64,000 nucleotides of DNA from Spirochaetota bacterium (GCA_026415295.1 JAOAHJ010000031.1:3098-67097), one strand, 5' to 3'; shown: positions 1 to 10,399, counted from the stretch's first letter. Notes: generated from the letters alone by a model not told the origin. Numbers and translations are program-made.

Positions 1-217
1 CTTTAAAAGTATACTTTTTTTCATATAGCAATTTTTTAACGATCTCTATTTTTTCAATATCAATCTTTGAATATATTCTATGACCAAATCTGTTTTTTTT
101 TGGAGATAAGAAAGGTATAAAATTCTCCCAATTTCTTAAAGTATAAGGTTTTATATCCAATAAATCACAAACTTCTTTTATAGAATAATAAATTTTTTCA
201 TTTTCAAACTGCTTCAT
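1..217 (-). CDS. MerR-family HTH transcriptional regulator, 3'-truncated by the window edge (not in ORF track)
   Basis: Manual translation from ATG at 217 (ATGA overlap with plsY stop): MKQFENEKIYYSIKEVCDLLDIKPYTLRNWENFIPFLSPKKNRFGHRIYSKIDIEKIEIVKKLLYEKKYTFK. This fits the MerR pattern YSIxEV..L....LRxWE...P...GxRxY...DI. Confidence 0.85.
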   Translation of the reverse strand, partial: MKQFENEKIYYSIKEVCDLLDIKPYTLRNWENFIPFLSPKKNRFGHRIYSKIDIEKIEIVKKLLYEKKYTFK

Positions 218-843
218 TTTTTACTAAATTTTATCTTGTTTTCTTTTCCATTAATTAGTCTTTTTATATTTTCTTTATGTCTCCATAATATTATAAAAAA
301 AACTAAAAAAGTAAAGATTATTAAAAAAATATCTTTAAATAAAAAAATAGAAAGTAAAGAAACAGCAAAGGATGAAATAATAGATCCTAGAGAGACATAT
401 TTAGTTAAAATTACAGTTAAAACAAAAATTAATAAACCAATTAAAACTATAAACGAGTTTAAGAAAAGAAAAATGCCGACTGTAGTCGCAACACCTTTAC
501 CACCCTTAAACTTAAGAAATGGATTAAAAATATTACCTATTAAAATAAAAAATGCACATAATATTAAAAAGTAGTTTTGTGGTACTAAATTGATATTTAT
601 CAATAGATAGATATTTTTTAAAATTATTAAAGTTAAGAAACTCTTTGATATATCAATAAATAGTACAATCGCTCCAAATATAGGTCCTAAAACTCTTAAT
701 GTATTTGTTGCTCCAATATTTCCAGAACCTTCCTTCCTGATATCTATCCCTTTAATCTTACCAATAATATAACCAGTTGGAATAGCCCCTATTAGATAAG
801 AAAAAATAATACATATAAATAGCAAAGTAAATTGTAAAAACAT
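214..843 (-). CDS. plsY: glycerol-3-phosphate acyltransferase PlsY
   Basis: YLIGAIPTG, GSGNIGATN and FKGGKGVAT motifs; hydrophobic; follows der. Confidence 0.95.
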   Translation of the reverse strand: MFLQFTLLFICIIFSYLIGAIPTGYIIGKIKGIDIRKEGSGNIGATNTLRVLGPIFGAIVLFIDISKSFLTLIILKNIYLLININLVPQNYFLILCAFFILIGNIFNPFLKFKGGKGVATTVGIFLFLNSFIVLIGLLIFVLTVILTKYVSLGSIISSFAVSLLSIFLFKDIFLIIFTFLVFFIILWRHKENIKRLINGKENKIKFSKK

Positions 844-886
844 ATTTTTTCTCCCTTTTGATTAATTTGATTTTATAAAATTTTTT

Positions 887-2197
887 TTATTCTCTTTTTT
901 TATATTTTATTTTAACAGGTATAGATTCTAGATTAAATTCTTTTCTTAATCTATTTATTAAAAAATCGGTATAGTAAGAGGGAATGTCTTTAGGATTTTT
1001 ATTAACAAATATAAGAAAAGTTAGAGGAAATTTTGATACAACCACTGAATATAAAAGATTCAAATAAGATTTCCCTATCAATATTTGTTTTGTATTTTTA
1101 CAATTTTCAATATATTTGTTTAACTCTGATGTTTTATAATCTTGATTTAATCGACCATAAAGATCTTTAATATATTTAAAGATTTTCCCAATTCCTCTTT
1201 TTTCTTTTGCACTTATAAAAAACCTTTTTACAAATTTAATATGGGGAAATAGATAATCTATTTCATCTTCTAAATCATCAACATTACCTTCAAATAAGTC
1301 TATTTTATTTACAATTAATATAAAAGGTTTTCCTTTTTTTATTATATAATCTGCAATTTTTTTATCTTGCTTTTTTATAAGATCAGGATAATCAACCATT
1401 AATAAAACAATATCAGCTCTATCAACAGAATCGAATGCTCTTTGTATTGAGTAAAATTCAACATTTTCTTTAATACTTTTTTTTCTTCTTATTCCTGCAG
1501 TATCTATAAATTTTATTTTTAAGCCTTCAAAAGAGATTGTTTCTTCAATAGAATCAACAGTTGTTCCTGGTATTTCTGAAACTATTGTTCTTTGATCGTT
1601 TATGATAGAGTTAAAAAAAGATGATTTTCCAACATTTGGCCTACCTAATATTACTACTTTTATTTCAGTATCCTTATTATCTTTTTCATAGAAAATAGTA
1701 TAGGATGATTTCTTTATGAATTTTAATATCTCTTCTTCAATTAAATCAATATTGTATTTGTTTATAGATGATACAAAAATAAAATTTTTTACTCCCAAAC
1801 TGAAAATCTCTTTATCAGGTATTTCATCTGCCTTTTTATCAGCTTTATTCAATATTAAAATATAATCTTTTTTTAGTTTTTTAATAATCTTTAAATAGTT
1901 TATGTCTTCTTCTATAATATTATGTCGATCGACTACAAATAGTATGAGACTGGCATTTTTAATAACTTTTAATGTTTTATTTTTAACTTCATTATAAAGT
2001 GGATCTTTTGAATTAAATTCAAAACCACCAGTATCTATAAGTTTAATTTTATAACCTTCTATATCAATATAAGCTTCTATATAATCTCTTGTAGTTCCAG
2101 GTTTATCAGATTCAACTGCAATTCTTTTACCTACTAATGAATTAAAAAGAGTGGATTTTCCTACATTAAATCTTCCAGTTATTACAACACTAAACAT
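887..2197 (-). CDS. der: ribosome biogenesis GTPase Der (EngA)
   Basis: Two tandem G domains (GRFNVGKS/DTGG/NKAD and GRPNVGKS/DTAG/NKID) plus a KH-like C-terminus. Confidence 0.97.
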   Translation of the reverse strand: MFSVVITGRFNVGKSTLFNSLVGKRIAVESDKPGTTRDYIEAYIDIEGYKIKLIDTGGFEFNSKDPLYNEVKNKTLKVIKNASLILFVVDRHNIIEEDINYLKIIKKLKKDYILILNKADKKADEIPDKEIFSLGVKNFIFVSSINKYNIDLIEEEILKFIKKSSYTIFYEKDNKDTEIKVVILGRPNVGKSSFFNSIINDQRTIVSEIPGTTVDSIEETISFEGLKIKFIDTAGIRRKKSIKENVEFYSIQRAFDSVDRADIVLLMVDYPDLIKKQDKKIADYIIKKGKPFILIVNKIDLFEGNVDDLEDEIDYLFPHIKFVKRFFISAKEKRGIGKIFKYIKDLYGRLNQDYKTSELNKYIENCKNTKQILIGKSYLNLLYSVVVSKFPLTFLIFVNKNPKDIPSYYTDFLINRLRKEFNLESIPVKIKYKKRE

Positions 2198-2273
2198 ATT
2201 ATTCCATATTATAAATTTTTTTATGTTTCTTGAAAATTAAAAAAATTTATTATGATATTTTTAAAAAGCAGTT

Positions 2274-4019
2274 TTATATTATTAAATCTGGTAAATATTT
2301 TGAAAAAAATTTATTAATTTCTTCCTCAACTTCAGATATATATTTTTTTTGAAGAATTGTTTCGACAAGTTTTTTACAATCTTCGTATCTAATTGAACAA
2401 ATTATTTTTTTTAACTCATTAGTATATATAGGAGATATTGAAAAATTTTTTAATCCAAGTCCTATTAAAATTGGAACGGATTTAACATCTGAAGCCATTT
2501 CTCCACACATCGAAATTTCAATGTTATTTCTATGTGCAGCATCTATTATGATTTTTAGTGCTTTTATTACTGCAGGATTTGAATATTTAAATAGATATGC
2601 AACCTTTTCATTTCCCCTATCACATGCAAGAAGATATTGGATAAGGTCGTTAGTTCCTATAGAAAAAAAATCGCACTCTTTGGCAAAGTTATCTAAATTA
2701 AAGATTATTGAAGGAACTTCAACCATTATTCCAAATTTATATTTTTCGGTGTGCTCAATATTTTGTTTTCTTAAAGTTTCTAAAACTTCTTTAATAATTT
2801 TTTTTGCTTCAATGACCTCTTCTATGTTAGTAATCATTGGAATCATGATATAGAGATTTTTTGAATAATAGCCTGCTCTCAAAATTGCTCTTAATTGAGT
2901 TTTAAATATTTCTAATCTTTCAAGGCAAAATCTTATTGCTCTCCAACCCAAAAATGGGTTTTTTTCAAATGGGGTATTATATCCTGGAATAACTTTATCT
3001 CCACCAAGGTCAAGGGTTCTTATTATTACTTTAGTTTCTTTAGAAAAGAAGTCAAATATTTGTTTATATTTTTTGTATTGATATTCTTCATCAGGAAAAC
3101 TGTTATTTTCTAAAACTAAAAACTCAGATCTAAAAAGTCCTATCCCTGAACTACCATTTTCTTTTACTAGTTGTAATTCTTCAAGTATTTCAATATTTGA
3201 AAGTATCTCTATTTTTCTACCATCAAGTGTAATAGGAACTCTATCTCTAAATATTTTGATACTTTGTTCAAATTCAAATAACTTCTTTTTAAGAAAATAA
3301 GCTTCTTCAAGTTCTTCTTCTGATGGATTTATTATTATTTCACCTTTAGAACTATTAAGAATAACTATATCTCCATTTTTAATTTCAGATGTAATAAACT
3401 CAACACCAAGAACTGTAGGTATATTTAAAGCTCTAGCCATTATAGCCATATGTGATGCTTCTCCACCAATTTCTGTAACAATTCCTAAAATATAATCTTT
3501 CTTTAATAGTGCAGCATCAGTTGGAGATAGAGTTCTGCAGAAAAGTATAGATTCTTCTTTTAATGATTCTAAAGATGGATGTGATTTTTTGAGTAGATTT
3601 CTCATTAATCTTTTGCCAATAGCTGATATATCTTCAGTTCTTTCAGAAAAAATAGAACTTTCGATATTTTTAAATTTAGAGATAATTTCATTTAATACAG
3701 TATATAAAACCCATTCTATATTTTTTTGAGTATTTTCAAGTTCTTTAATAATCATGTCTATTATAACTTTATCATCAAGCATCATAAGGAGGGATTTATA
3801 TATATCTTTTTTATCTCCAGATAAAGAATTATTCAATGATTCTTCTATATCTTTTATTTCTTGTTTTGTTTTTTCAATAGCCTTAAAAAATCTATATTTT
3901 TCATACTCAATATTTTCTATATCATATTTTGGTATTGAAAAAACATCTTCAAGATATAAAAAAGCTTTACCAATTACAAGTCCAGGTGAAGCTGAAATTC
4001 CTTTAAATTTTTTTCCCAT
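2274..4019 (-). CDS. ptsI: PTS enzyme I (PEP-protein phosphotransferase)
   Basis: GISASPG, active-site GGEASH, GIGLFRSEF, RTLDLGGDK, GWRAIR, FSIGTNDL and CGEMA motifs. Confidence 0.96.
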   Translation of the reverse strand: MGKKFKGISASPGLVIGKAFLYLEDVFSIPKYDIENIEYEKYRFFKAIEKTKQEIKDIEESLNNSLSGDKKDIYKSLLMMLDDKVIIDMIIKELENTQKNIEWVLYTVLNEIISKFKNIESSIFSERTEDISAIGKRLMRNLLKKSHPSLESLKEESILFCRTLSPTDAALLKKDYILGIVTEIGGEASHMAIMARALNIPTVLGVEFITSEIKNGDIVILNSSKGEIIINPSEEELEEAYFLKKKLFEFEQSIKIFRDRVPITLDGRKIEILSNIEILEELQLVKENGSSGIGLFRSEFLVLENNSFPDEEYQYKKYKQIFDFFSKETKVIIRTLDLGGDKVIPGYNTPFEKNPFLGWRAIRFCLERLEIFKTQLRAILRAGYYSKNLYIMIPMITNIEEVIEAKKIIKEVLETLRKQNIEHTEKYKFGIMVEVPSIIFNLDNFAKECDFFSIGTNDLIQYLLACDRGNEKVAYLFKYSNPAVIKALKIIIDAAHRNNIEISMCGEMASDVKSVPILIGLGLKNFSISPIYTNELKKIICSIRYEDCKKLVETILQKKYISEVEEEINKFFSKYLPDLII

Positions 4020-4043
4020 TCGTTTGCCCTTTTGTAAAATTTT

Positions 4044-4853
4044 TTATTTAAATTCGCTAATCCTAAAATCATGCAAAAAGTTTTTAATCCAATTAATAAT
4101 AAATTCTAAAAGTTGCATTGTATAAACTTCTTGAGTTTTAAAAGCTTTTACTAAAATAGGATCAATTATCTTTATTTTTAATAAATCCTTACTTATTTTT
4201 GTTTTATTGTTGTTTATAAAAAAAAGAAGTTCGTTAAATATTTTCCCTGTTTCAACAAAAGTATGAATTCTTATTCTTTCAACATCTTTATCATTTGAGT
4301 GTTTTATAGTAGAAACTATATCTTGGAATTGTTTAGATAAAAATCCTTCTTTACTATAACAGTAATAATTGAAATAAGTGTAAAATTTTTCAAATTCCTT
4401 ATAGACCTCTTTGCTTGTATTTTTAATATTAAATATAGTTTCCAAATATGGGAAAAGGTGGTTGTAAAAAAGTATTAATGCTCCATATAAGTATTTTAAA
4501 TCATAGTGAGCACCATCGTAAAAATTGTTGTAGGGATATTTTTTTAACCTTTGATCATATTCTTCCAGAATATTTTCTGCTTTTTTTGTAAAACTATTTT
4601 CTTTGTTTTTTTCTTTTTTTTGTTTTTCTAAACACATTAAGTATTTTTGCTCTAAAGCTTCCTCTTCAGCTTTAAAAAATATTTCTAAATCTATTTTATT
4701 TGTTAAAGCATTTATATATCTATTTTCAAAAGCTTCATAATTAAAACACTCTTTTCCAAAAAGTTTCTCAAATTCTTTATATCTTTCTTTTATCTGTTCA
4801 TACTTTAATTTTATTTCTTTTTCTTTGTTTTTATTAAACATGATATAAATCAC
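4044..4853 (-). CDS. hypothetical helical protein upstream of ptsI
   Basis: 269-aa ORF with normal codon bias. Start is GTG 4853 or ATG 4841. No motif recognised. Confidence 0.75.
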   Translation of the reverse strand: MIYIMFNKNKEKEIKLKYEQIKERYKEFEKLFGKECFNYEAFENRYINALTNKIDLEIFFKAEEEALEQKYLMCLEKQKKEKNKENSFTKKAENILEEYDQRLKKYPYNNFYDGAHYDLKYLYGALILFYNHLFPYLETIFNIKNTSKEVYKEFEKFYTYFNYYCYSKEGFLSKQFQDIVSTIKHSNDKDVERIRIHTFVETGKIFNELLFFINNNKTKISKDLLKIKIIDPILVKAFKTQEVYTMQLLEFIINWIKNFLHDFRISEFK

Positions 4854-4888
4854 TTTTATTATTTTTTTTTTAATATAATTTAAGTTTT

Positions 4889-5989
4889 GTGAAAATCAAG
4901 AATTTGATAATTAATAAATTAATTAGTGCTACCTCTATTAAAACTATAGGAGATTATACAATTAATCCTTATAAAGGCTGTTCATTTGGTTGTAAATATT
5001 GCTATGTTATTAATATGAAAAACATAAAAGAAAAGAATAAGTGGGGTAATTTTGTTTTTGTTAAGGAAAATGTTGATAAAATTTTAGAAAAAGAGTTAAA
5101 TTTGATATTAAAAGAAAAAAAGTCAGAAAAAGAGAAAATTGAAAATTTAAATAGTAAAATTTCAAATAGAATTATTATTGGATCATCATGTGATCCATAT
5201 CAACCTGTTGAACTGATTATGAATTCTACAAGAAAAATAATTGATCAAATAAGAAAAAAAAACTTACCATTCTTTTTGATGACAAAATCTCCTTTATTAT
5301 TAAAAGATTTAAATATATTTTCATATAATATTTACAACAGAATTTGTTTTACAATAAATGATGATATCATAATAAATAATTATGAAAGGTCTTATTCTAA
5401 AATTATGAGATTTTTAACATATTTTATAGTTTTGTTTTATGATATTGATATATATATACATTATGGACCATTTTTCCCATTTTTTTGTGATTTAAAAAAA
5501 TTTGTTGAGGAATTAATTTTTTATTTATTTTTATTTAAAAACAATTTTATTCCTTATTTAGAATTAAATAATAGATTTGAAAAATCTTTAAAAAATATTG
5601 GACCATTTGAAGATAAAGATATTATATTTAAAAATTTTTTTCTTTTAATAAAGAGTATTGGTTTTGATTTTAATTGTTTTGTTGAAAGAATTAAAAATGT
5701 AAAATTTGAAGAAATTATTAAGAAAATAAAAATAAATATAGAAATTATTAACTTAAAGGAGATATATAAACCTAATTTTGAAATTATTTTTAATAAAATG
5801 AAAAATATTAACCTCTATAATTTGGAGAAGTTTATTTCTGTTTTTCAAAGTAAAGATAATTATGATGAATATTTGTTTATGCTTGAAAATATTATTTTAA
5901 GGTTAAAAAATGAATATGGTATTAAAATTTTTTTATTAGAAAGGGAATTTGATAAATTTTATTCTGAAGATTTCAATTTAAAAATTTAA
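4889..5989 (+). CDS. radical SAM protein, spore-photoproduct-lyase-like (COG1533-type)
   Basis: NPYKGCSFGCKYCY (CxxxCxxC), followed by SCDPYQPVE and MTKS motifs; GTG start. Confidence 0.85.
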   Translation: MKIKNLIINKLISATSIKTIGDYTINPYKGCSFGCKYCYVINMKNIKEKNKWGNFVFVKENVDKILEKELNLILKEKKSEKEKIENLNSKISNRIIIGSSCDPYQPVELIMNSTRKIIDQIRKKNLPFFLMTKSPLLLKDLNIFSYNIYNRICFTINDDIIINNYERSYSKIMRFLTYFIVLFYDIDIYIHYGPFFPFFCDLKKFVEELIFYLFLFKNNFIPYLELNNRFEKSLKNIGPFEDKDIIFKNFFLLIKSIGFDFNCFVERIKNVKFEEIIKKIKINIEIINLKEIYKPNFEIIFNKMKNINLYNLEKFISVFQSKDNYDEYLFMLENIILRLKNEYGIKIFLLEREFDKFYSEDFNLKI

Positions 5990-6047
5990 ATAAAAATTAA
6001 GTTAATACAATGTTTAAAGGAAATTTTTTATATAGATATATATTTAT

Positions 6048-7361
6048 TTAATCAACATAAAGAAATAGACATTTTAAGTAATGAGTTTCTCTTGCATAAA
6101 TCAAGATAGGATGATCTTCACTCTGATAGCCTACATCTATAATTTTTGCAATTCTATTAGCTTTCTTGGCTGCAGTCATTACTGCATCAATAAAGTATTC
6201 AAGTGAAATACGACCTGTACAACTTGATGTAATTAAAAAAGATTTATTAGAGAGAAGATTAAAAGCAAGATAATTAATATCAATATATCCTTTAATTGCT
6301 TCCTTAATTTTTTTATTGGAATGAGTAAGTTTTGGAGGGTCTAATATTATTAAATCATATTTATTTTGTTTTGAGATTTCATTTTTGGTAAATTTAAAGT
6401 AATCTTCTACATAGAAATCAATATTTTGAAATTTGTTTAATATTTTATTTTCTTTTGCAGTTTTTATAGCTTCTTCAGAGCAATCAATACTTAATACTTT
6501 TTTAGCTCCACCTTTAATACAATTAAAACCAAATCCTCCAGTATAACAAAAAAAATCAAGAACATTTTTTCCTTCTGCATATTTTGAAACTTTAAATCTA
6601 TTATTTCTCTGATCATAATAAAAACCTGTCTTTTGTGTACTACTAAAATTGATTTTATATTTTATTTCGTTTTCTTCAATTATTGTATAAAAGTTATTAA
6701 TTAAATTTTCTATTTCTTTGTTTTCAATTTTATTTTTATTAATTTTTATATAACTTTTATTATTGTAATATTCAAGATAATTTTTTAAGCTAACAATTTC
6801 ATTATTTATTAAATGTTTATTGTTAATCAGGATTTCATCTTCGAAAAAGAGTCCCTCTTGTTTTTTGATATGAGTTTCATTTTTAATTATAATAATTTCA
6901 GGTGAAAAAAATTCTATTAAAACCTCAATGATTATTTTTAAATATGAAAATGACAAAAGAGATGTAATTTGTATTACCAAATAGTTATTATATTTATCAA
7001 TAGTTAATCCTGAAAATCCATCAGACTCAGAATAAAATATTCGACATGATAGTTCATTAATATTCTTCTTAAATAAATTTTCTCTTAATTTAAAAGCATT
7101 ATTAAAAATATTATTAAAAAATGATTTATCTAGAATATCAATTTTAGAATTTGATATAACTCTTATTCTTATATCACTGTTTTCATTATAAAAACCTGTA
7201 CCTATGAAATTATTCGAATTATCAAAAATGTGAATTAGTTCTCCTGTTTGGGGCTTTGAAGGATTATATGATAGAATAGCCCCTTCAAATATCCATGGAT
7301 GTCCATATAAATATTTATTTTTATTTATTATAGCTTTTTTATTTACAATAGATTTTTTCAT
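6048..7361 (-). CDS. rlmI: class I SAM-dependent rRNA methyltransferase, RlmI family
   Basis: GHPWIF, SESDGFSGLTID, QKTGFYYDQR, VLDFFCYTGGF, ILDPP and SSCT motifs. Confidence 0.88.
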   Translation of the reverse strand: MKKSIVNKKAIINKNKYLYGHPWIFEGAILSYNPSKPQTGELIHIFDNSNNFIGTGFYNENSDIRIRVISNSKIDILDKSFFNNIFNNAFKLRENLFKKNINELSCRIFYSESDGFSGLTIDKYNNYLVIQITSLLSFSYLKIIIEVLIEFFSPEIIIIKNETHIKKQEGLFFEDEILINNKHLINNEIVSLKNYLEYYNNKSYIKINKNKIENKEIENLINNFYTIIEENEIKYKINFSSTQKTGFYYDQRNNRFKVSKYAEGKNVLDFFCYTGGFGFNCIKGGAKKVLSIDCSEEAIKTAKENKILNKFQNIDFYVEDYFKFTKNEISKQNKYDLIILDPPKLTHSNKKIKEAIKGYIDINYLAFNLLSNKSFLITSSCTGRISLEYFIDAVMTAAKKANRIAKIIDVGYQSEDHPILIYARETHYLKCLFLYVD

Positions 7362-7675
7362 CCTAAAATGTCTTCATATGGTATTTTTAAATCAATTTTT
7401 TGACTAATATTTTCAAATGAAAAAGAATATGAGTATGCTTTATTAAGATTTGTAACTTTTGATGGAATATTTTGAGAATTTTCTGCTTTGGTAAGATAGA
7501 AAAACGATGCTTTTTGTAAAAAATCTTCAAGTGGTGAAGTTTTATTTAAAGAATTATTTTCGTTTATGATTGAATTACCATTGGTATTATGTAGATTCTT
7601 GTATTTATTATTATTAGATAATAGATTATTAATAAGAATTGATGAATATAAATTATTATAACCTATTATTTTCAT
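7358..7675 (-). CDS. hypothetical Asn-rich small protein
   Basis: 105-aa ATG ORF whose stop overlaps the rlmI start (ATGA), suggesting translational coupling. Confidence 0.6.
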   Translation of the reverse strand: MKIIGYNNLYSSILINNLLSNNNKYKNLHNTNGNSIINENNSLNKTSPLEDFLQKASFFYLTKAENSQNIPSKVTNLNKAYSYSFSFENISQKIDLKIPYEDILG

Positions 7676-7763
7676 AACACATTTAACTTTCTAAAAATTT
7701 ATTTTAATTATAAAATATAAGATAATTATCTAATACTTTCTATAGAAATTATAATACAAAAAA

Positions 7764-8633
7764 TTAATTTTTAAATAATAAACTTATAAAATATAAAATA
7801 CTCATAAAAATAATAAATATTGGAGTAAATGGTAAATTTAGGTTATAACTAAAAAACAAAGATATATATGAGGCAAAAATATTAACAATAAAAGAAATAA
7901 TAATAACATTTTTCAAATTCTTATTAAGGTTTAATGCAATCATAGCGGGTAAAGTAAATAATGCTATGATTAGAAGTATTCCAACTATTTGTATTAAAAG
8001 AAAAACTGTTAATGAAATTGATAATATAACTAAAAATCTTAGCAAAGAAACTTTTATTTTTTTTATCTTAAGGAGTTCTTCATCAAAACCAAAAATAAAT
8101 AAAATATTAAAAAAAAGTGCAAAAAAAATTATTATAAATAGAGTAATAAAAATAAGCAGGTAAAAACTATTTTTATCTAAAAGTAAAATGTTACCAAAAA
8201 GATATTTTTGTATTTCTTGATTGTAACCAGGAGTAAGGAAAATAAAAAAAATACCTACTGCCATTCCAAGTGACCATATAATACTTAATATTGAGTCAAC
8301 CCTTTCATTTTTTTTATTAATTAATCTTTCAATAATTATTGAATAAATAATTGTAAAAAGTAAACCACCATTAAAAGGATTGAAAATTTCATAGGAAGTC
8401 AATTTATAAATATAGTTAAATAATCCAATACCTCCAAGAACTCCATGAGATATAGCTCCTGCAATATATGTTTGTCTATTAATTACCGTATATGTTCCTA
8501 TTGTTGAAGAAAGAAGGGAGACAAAAAATAAAGAAAAGAAACTATATTGCAAAAAATTATAATTTGTTAGTGCATCAAAAAAATCAGCAAAGAATTGAAA
8601 TAATGTTAAATTATTGAGAATAAATTTTAACAT
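7764..8633 (-). CDS. znuB: Zn/Mn ABC transporter permease
   Basis: ABC-3 family motifs (GTYTVINRQTYIAGAISHGVLGG, YLFGNIL, VGILLIIALFTLPA). Confidence 0.9.
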   Translation of the reverse strand: MLKFILNNLTLFQFFADFFDALTNYNFLQYSFFSLFFVSLLSSTIGTYTVINRQTYIAGAISHGVLGGIGLFNYIYKLTSYEIFNPFNGGLLFTIIYSIIIERLINKKNERVDSILSIIWSLGMAVGIFFIFLTPGYNQEIQKYLFGNILLLDKNSFYLLIFITLFIIIFFALFFNILFIFGFDEELLKIKKIKVSLLRFLVILSISLTVFLLIQIVGILLIIALFTLPAMIALNLNKNLKNVIIISFIVNIFASYISLFFSYNLNLPFTPIFIIFMSILYFISLLFKN

Positions 8634-8650
8634 TAATTGCCCTTTTTTAT

Positions 8651-9424
8651 TTAATTAGACGAAGATTTGTGATCAACTTTTTTTATATTACAATTATAAA
8701 AATCTTTACTTATAAAATTTAGTAAATCATTATTATTTAGGTTAATATTTTTTGCTTGATGCATTATTAGTTTTCTATTTAAACAAAAAATTTTATCAGA
8801 TATTTCAGGTACAATATCAATATCATGAGAAATTAAAATAATAGTATTTTGTTCTTTTAGTTTTTGAAGTTTTTCATATATAAAAATTTGTGTTTCTCTA
8901 TCTAAATTGGATGTTGGCTCATCTAGTATTATAACTTCAGATTTAGAGGCTAAAGCTCTTGCAATCAAAATTTTTTGTTTTTGCCCTCCTGATAATTCCT
9001 TAAAAGATTTTTTTGCTAAATTTTCAATTTTTAATTCCTTCAAAATTTGATAAGCAAATTCTATATCATCTTTTTTGTAAAAATTAACAAATTTCTTTTT
9101 TTTTAATCTTCCTGACAGAACTATATCAATTGCAAGTATCGGATATAGTGGATCATAGTTTAAAAATTGTGGAACATAAGAAATATTTATATCATTAACT
9201 AAATTATTATCCCTAAAATATTTGATAGAACCACTTGATGGCTTATAAATACCAAGGAACAATTTGGCAAGGGTTGTTTTACCACTTCCATTTGGTCCTA
9301 TAATAGAAATGAAATCATCTTTAAATATATTAAAGGAAATATCTTCAAGTATTGGATACTCATCATATTTAGAAAAATAATAGTAAACATTACTAAATTC
9401 AATTAATAAATATTTTTTATTCAT
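8651..9424 (-). CDS. znuC: Zn/Mn ABC transporter ATP-binding protein
   Basis: GPNGSGKTT, YVPQ, LSGGQKQK, LDEPT and ISHD motifs. Confidence 0.9.
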   Translation of the reverse strand: MNKKYLLIEFSNVYYYFSKYDEYPILEDISFNIFKDDFISIIGPNGSGKTTLAKLFLGIYKPSSGSIKYFRDNNLVNDINISYVPQFLNYDPLYPILAIDIVLSGRLKKKKFVNFYKKDDIEFAYQILKELKIENLAKKSFKELSGGQKQKILIARALASKSEVIILDEPTSNLDRETQIFIYEKLQKLKEQNTIILISHDIDIVPEISDKIFCLNRKLIMHQAKNINLNNNDLLNFISKDFYNCNIKKVDHKSSSN

Positions 9425-9454
9425 ATTTTAATTTAATTTTATCTTATCTTTTAT

Positions 9455-10399
9455 TTAGTAATATACCTGAAAAATTCTATATAGATTATCAAATGTTTCA
9501 AATATATTATAATTAAGAATGTTAATCTGTTCGATTTTTAAATTTAATTCTTTTTTAAAGACTCCTTCATATGAAGTTGGAAAGTGTGGACTTGTTATAA
9601 ATACTTTAATGTTATTCATTCTAGCAATTTTAAAGAGATAATTTAAATCTTTTAATGTAGGTTCTTTTCCTTCAATTTCAACTAATATTTGTTTTATATT
9701 AAAATCTTTTGAAAAATAAGTTAATATAGGGTGGTAGACGAGTATAAATTTAATATTCTTCTCTTTTATTATTTTATTAAATAAATCAATATAATTATCT
9801 ATTTTTAAAATTAAATTATCAGAGTTTTCTTTAGCAATTTTTTGTAAATCAGGATAATTATTTTTAATAAATTCATAAATGTTTTTAAGAATTATTTTCA
9901 AATTAATTAAGCTTACCCAGATATGAATATCGAATTGTTCATAATTTTTATTATTATTTTGATTAAATTTTTTATTTGTATTGTTTTTTGTTGAATTTTC
10001 ATTTTTATTATCAGTTTCATGATCAATATTTTCTATTAATTCAATTCCTTCTGAAATATTATATATTAAGAGATTTGAGTTTGTTCTTTTTATTTTTTCA
10101 ATAATTATGGTTTCAAAAGGAAGATTTGTTGAAAGATACACGGAAGCTTGAGCTAATTTTTCCAAATCCTTTGGTAAAACTTCAAAAGTATGGGGTTCGA
10201 AATTTTTATTTATTATTGTCTTTACTTCAATTTTATTATTTGAAATAAAATCTATTAAGTATTTAATGGGTTCAATTGATGTGTAAATAATTTTATTGCC
10301 TTGAGTAAACTTTTTATTGCAAGAAATATAGGAAAAAAAAATTAGTATTATAAATATAGTAATAATTAATTTTGACAAAAAAACATTTTCCTTTAGCAT
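9455..10399 (-). CDS. znuA: Zn/Mn ABC substrate-binding lipoprotein (cluster A-I)
   Basis: Signal peptide with lipobox-like YISC; metal-ligand motifs EPHTFE, DIHIW, YHP and EGKEP. Confidence 0.88.
   Translation of the reverse strand: MLKENVFLSKLIITIFIILIFFSYISCNKKFTQGNKIIYTSIEPIKYLIDFISNNKIEVKTIINKNFEPHTFEVLPKDLEKLAQASVYLSTNLPFETIIIEKIKRTNSNLLIYNISEGIELIENIDHETDNKNENSTKNNTNKKFNQNNNKNYEQFDIHIWVSLINLKIILKNIYEFIKNNYPDLQKIAKENSDNLILKIDNYIDLFNKIIKEKNIKFILVYHPILTYFSKDFNIKQILVEIEGKEPTLKDLNYLFKIARMNNIKVFITSPHFPTSYEGVFKKELNLKIEQINILNYNIFETFDNLYRIFQVYY

Noticed and set aside
2165-2180. Der GD1 P-loop GRFNVGKS instead of GRPNVGKS
   Set aside because: The change is at a variable x position of GxxxxGKS; all catalytic residues are intact
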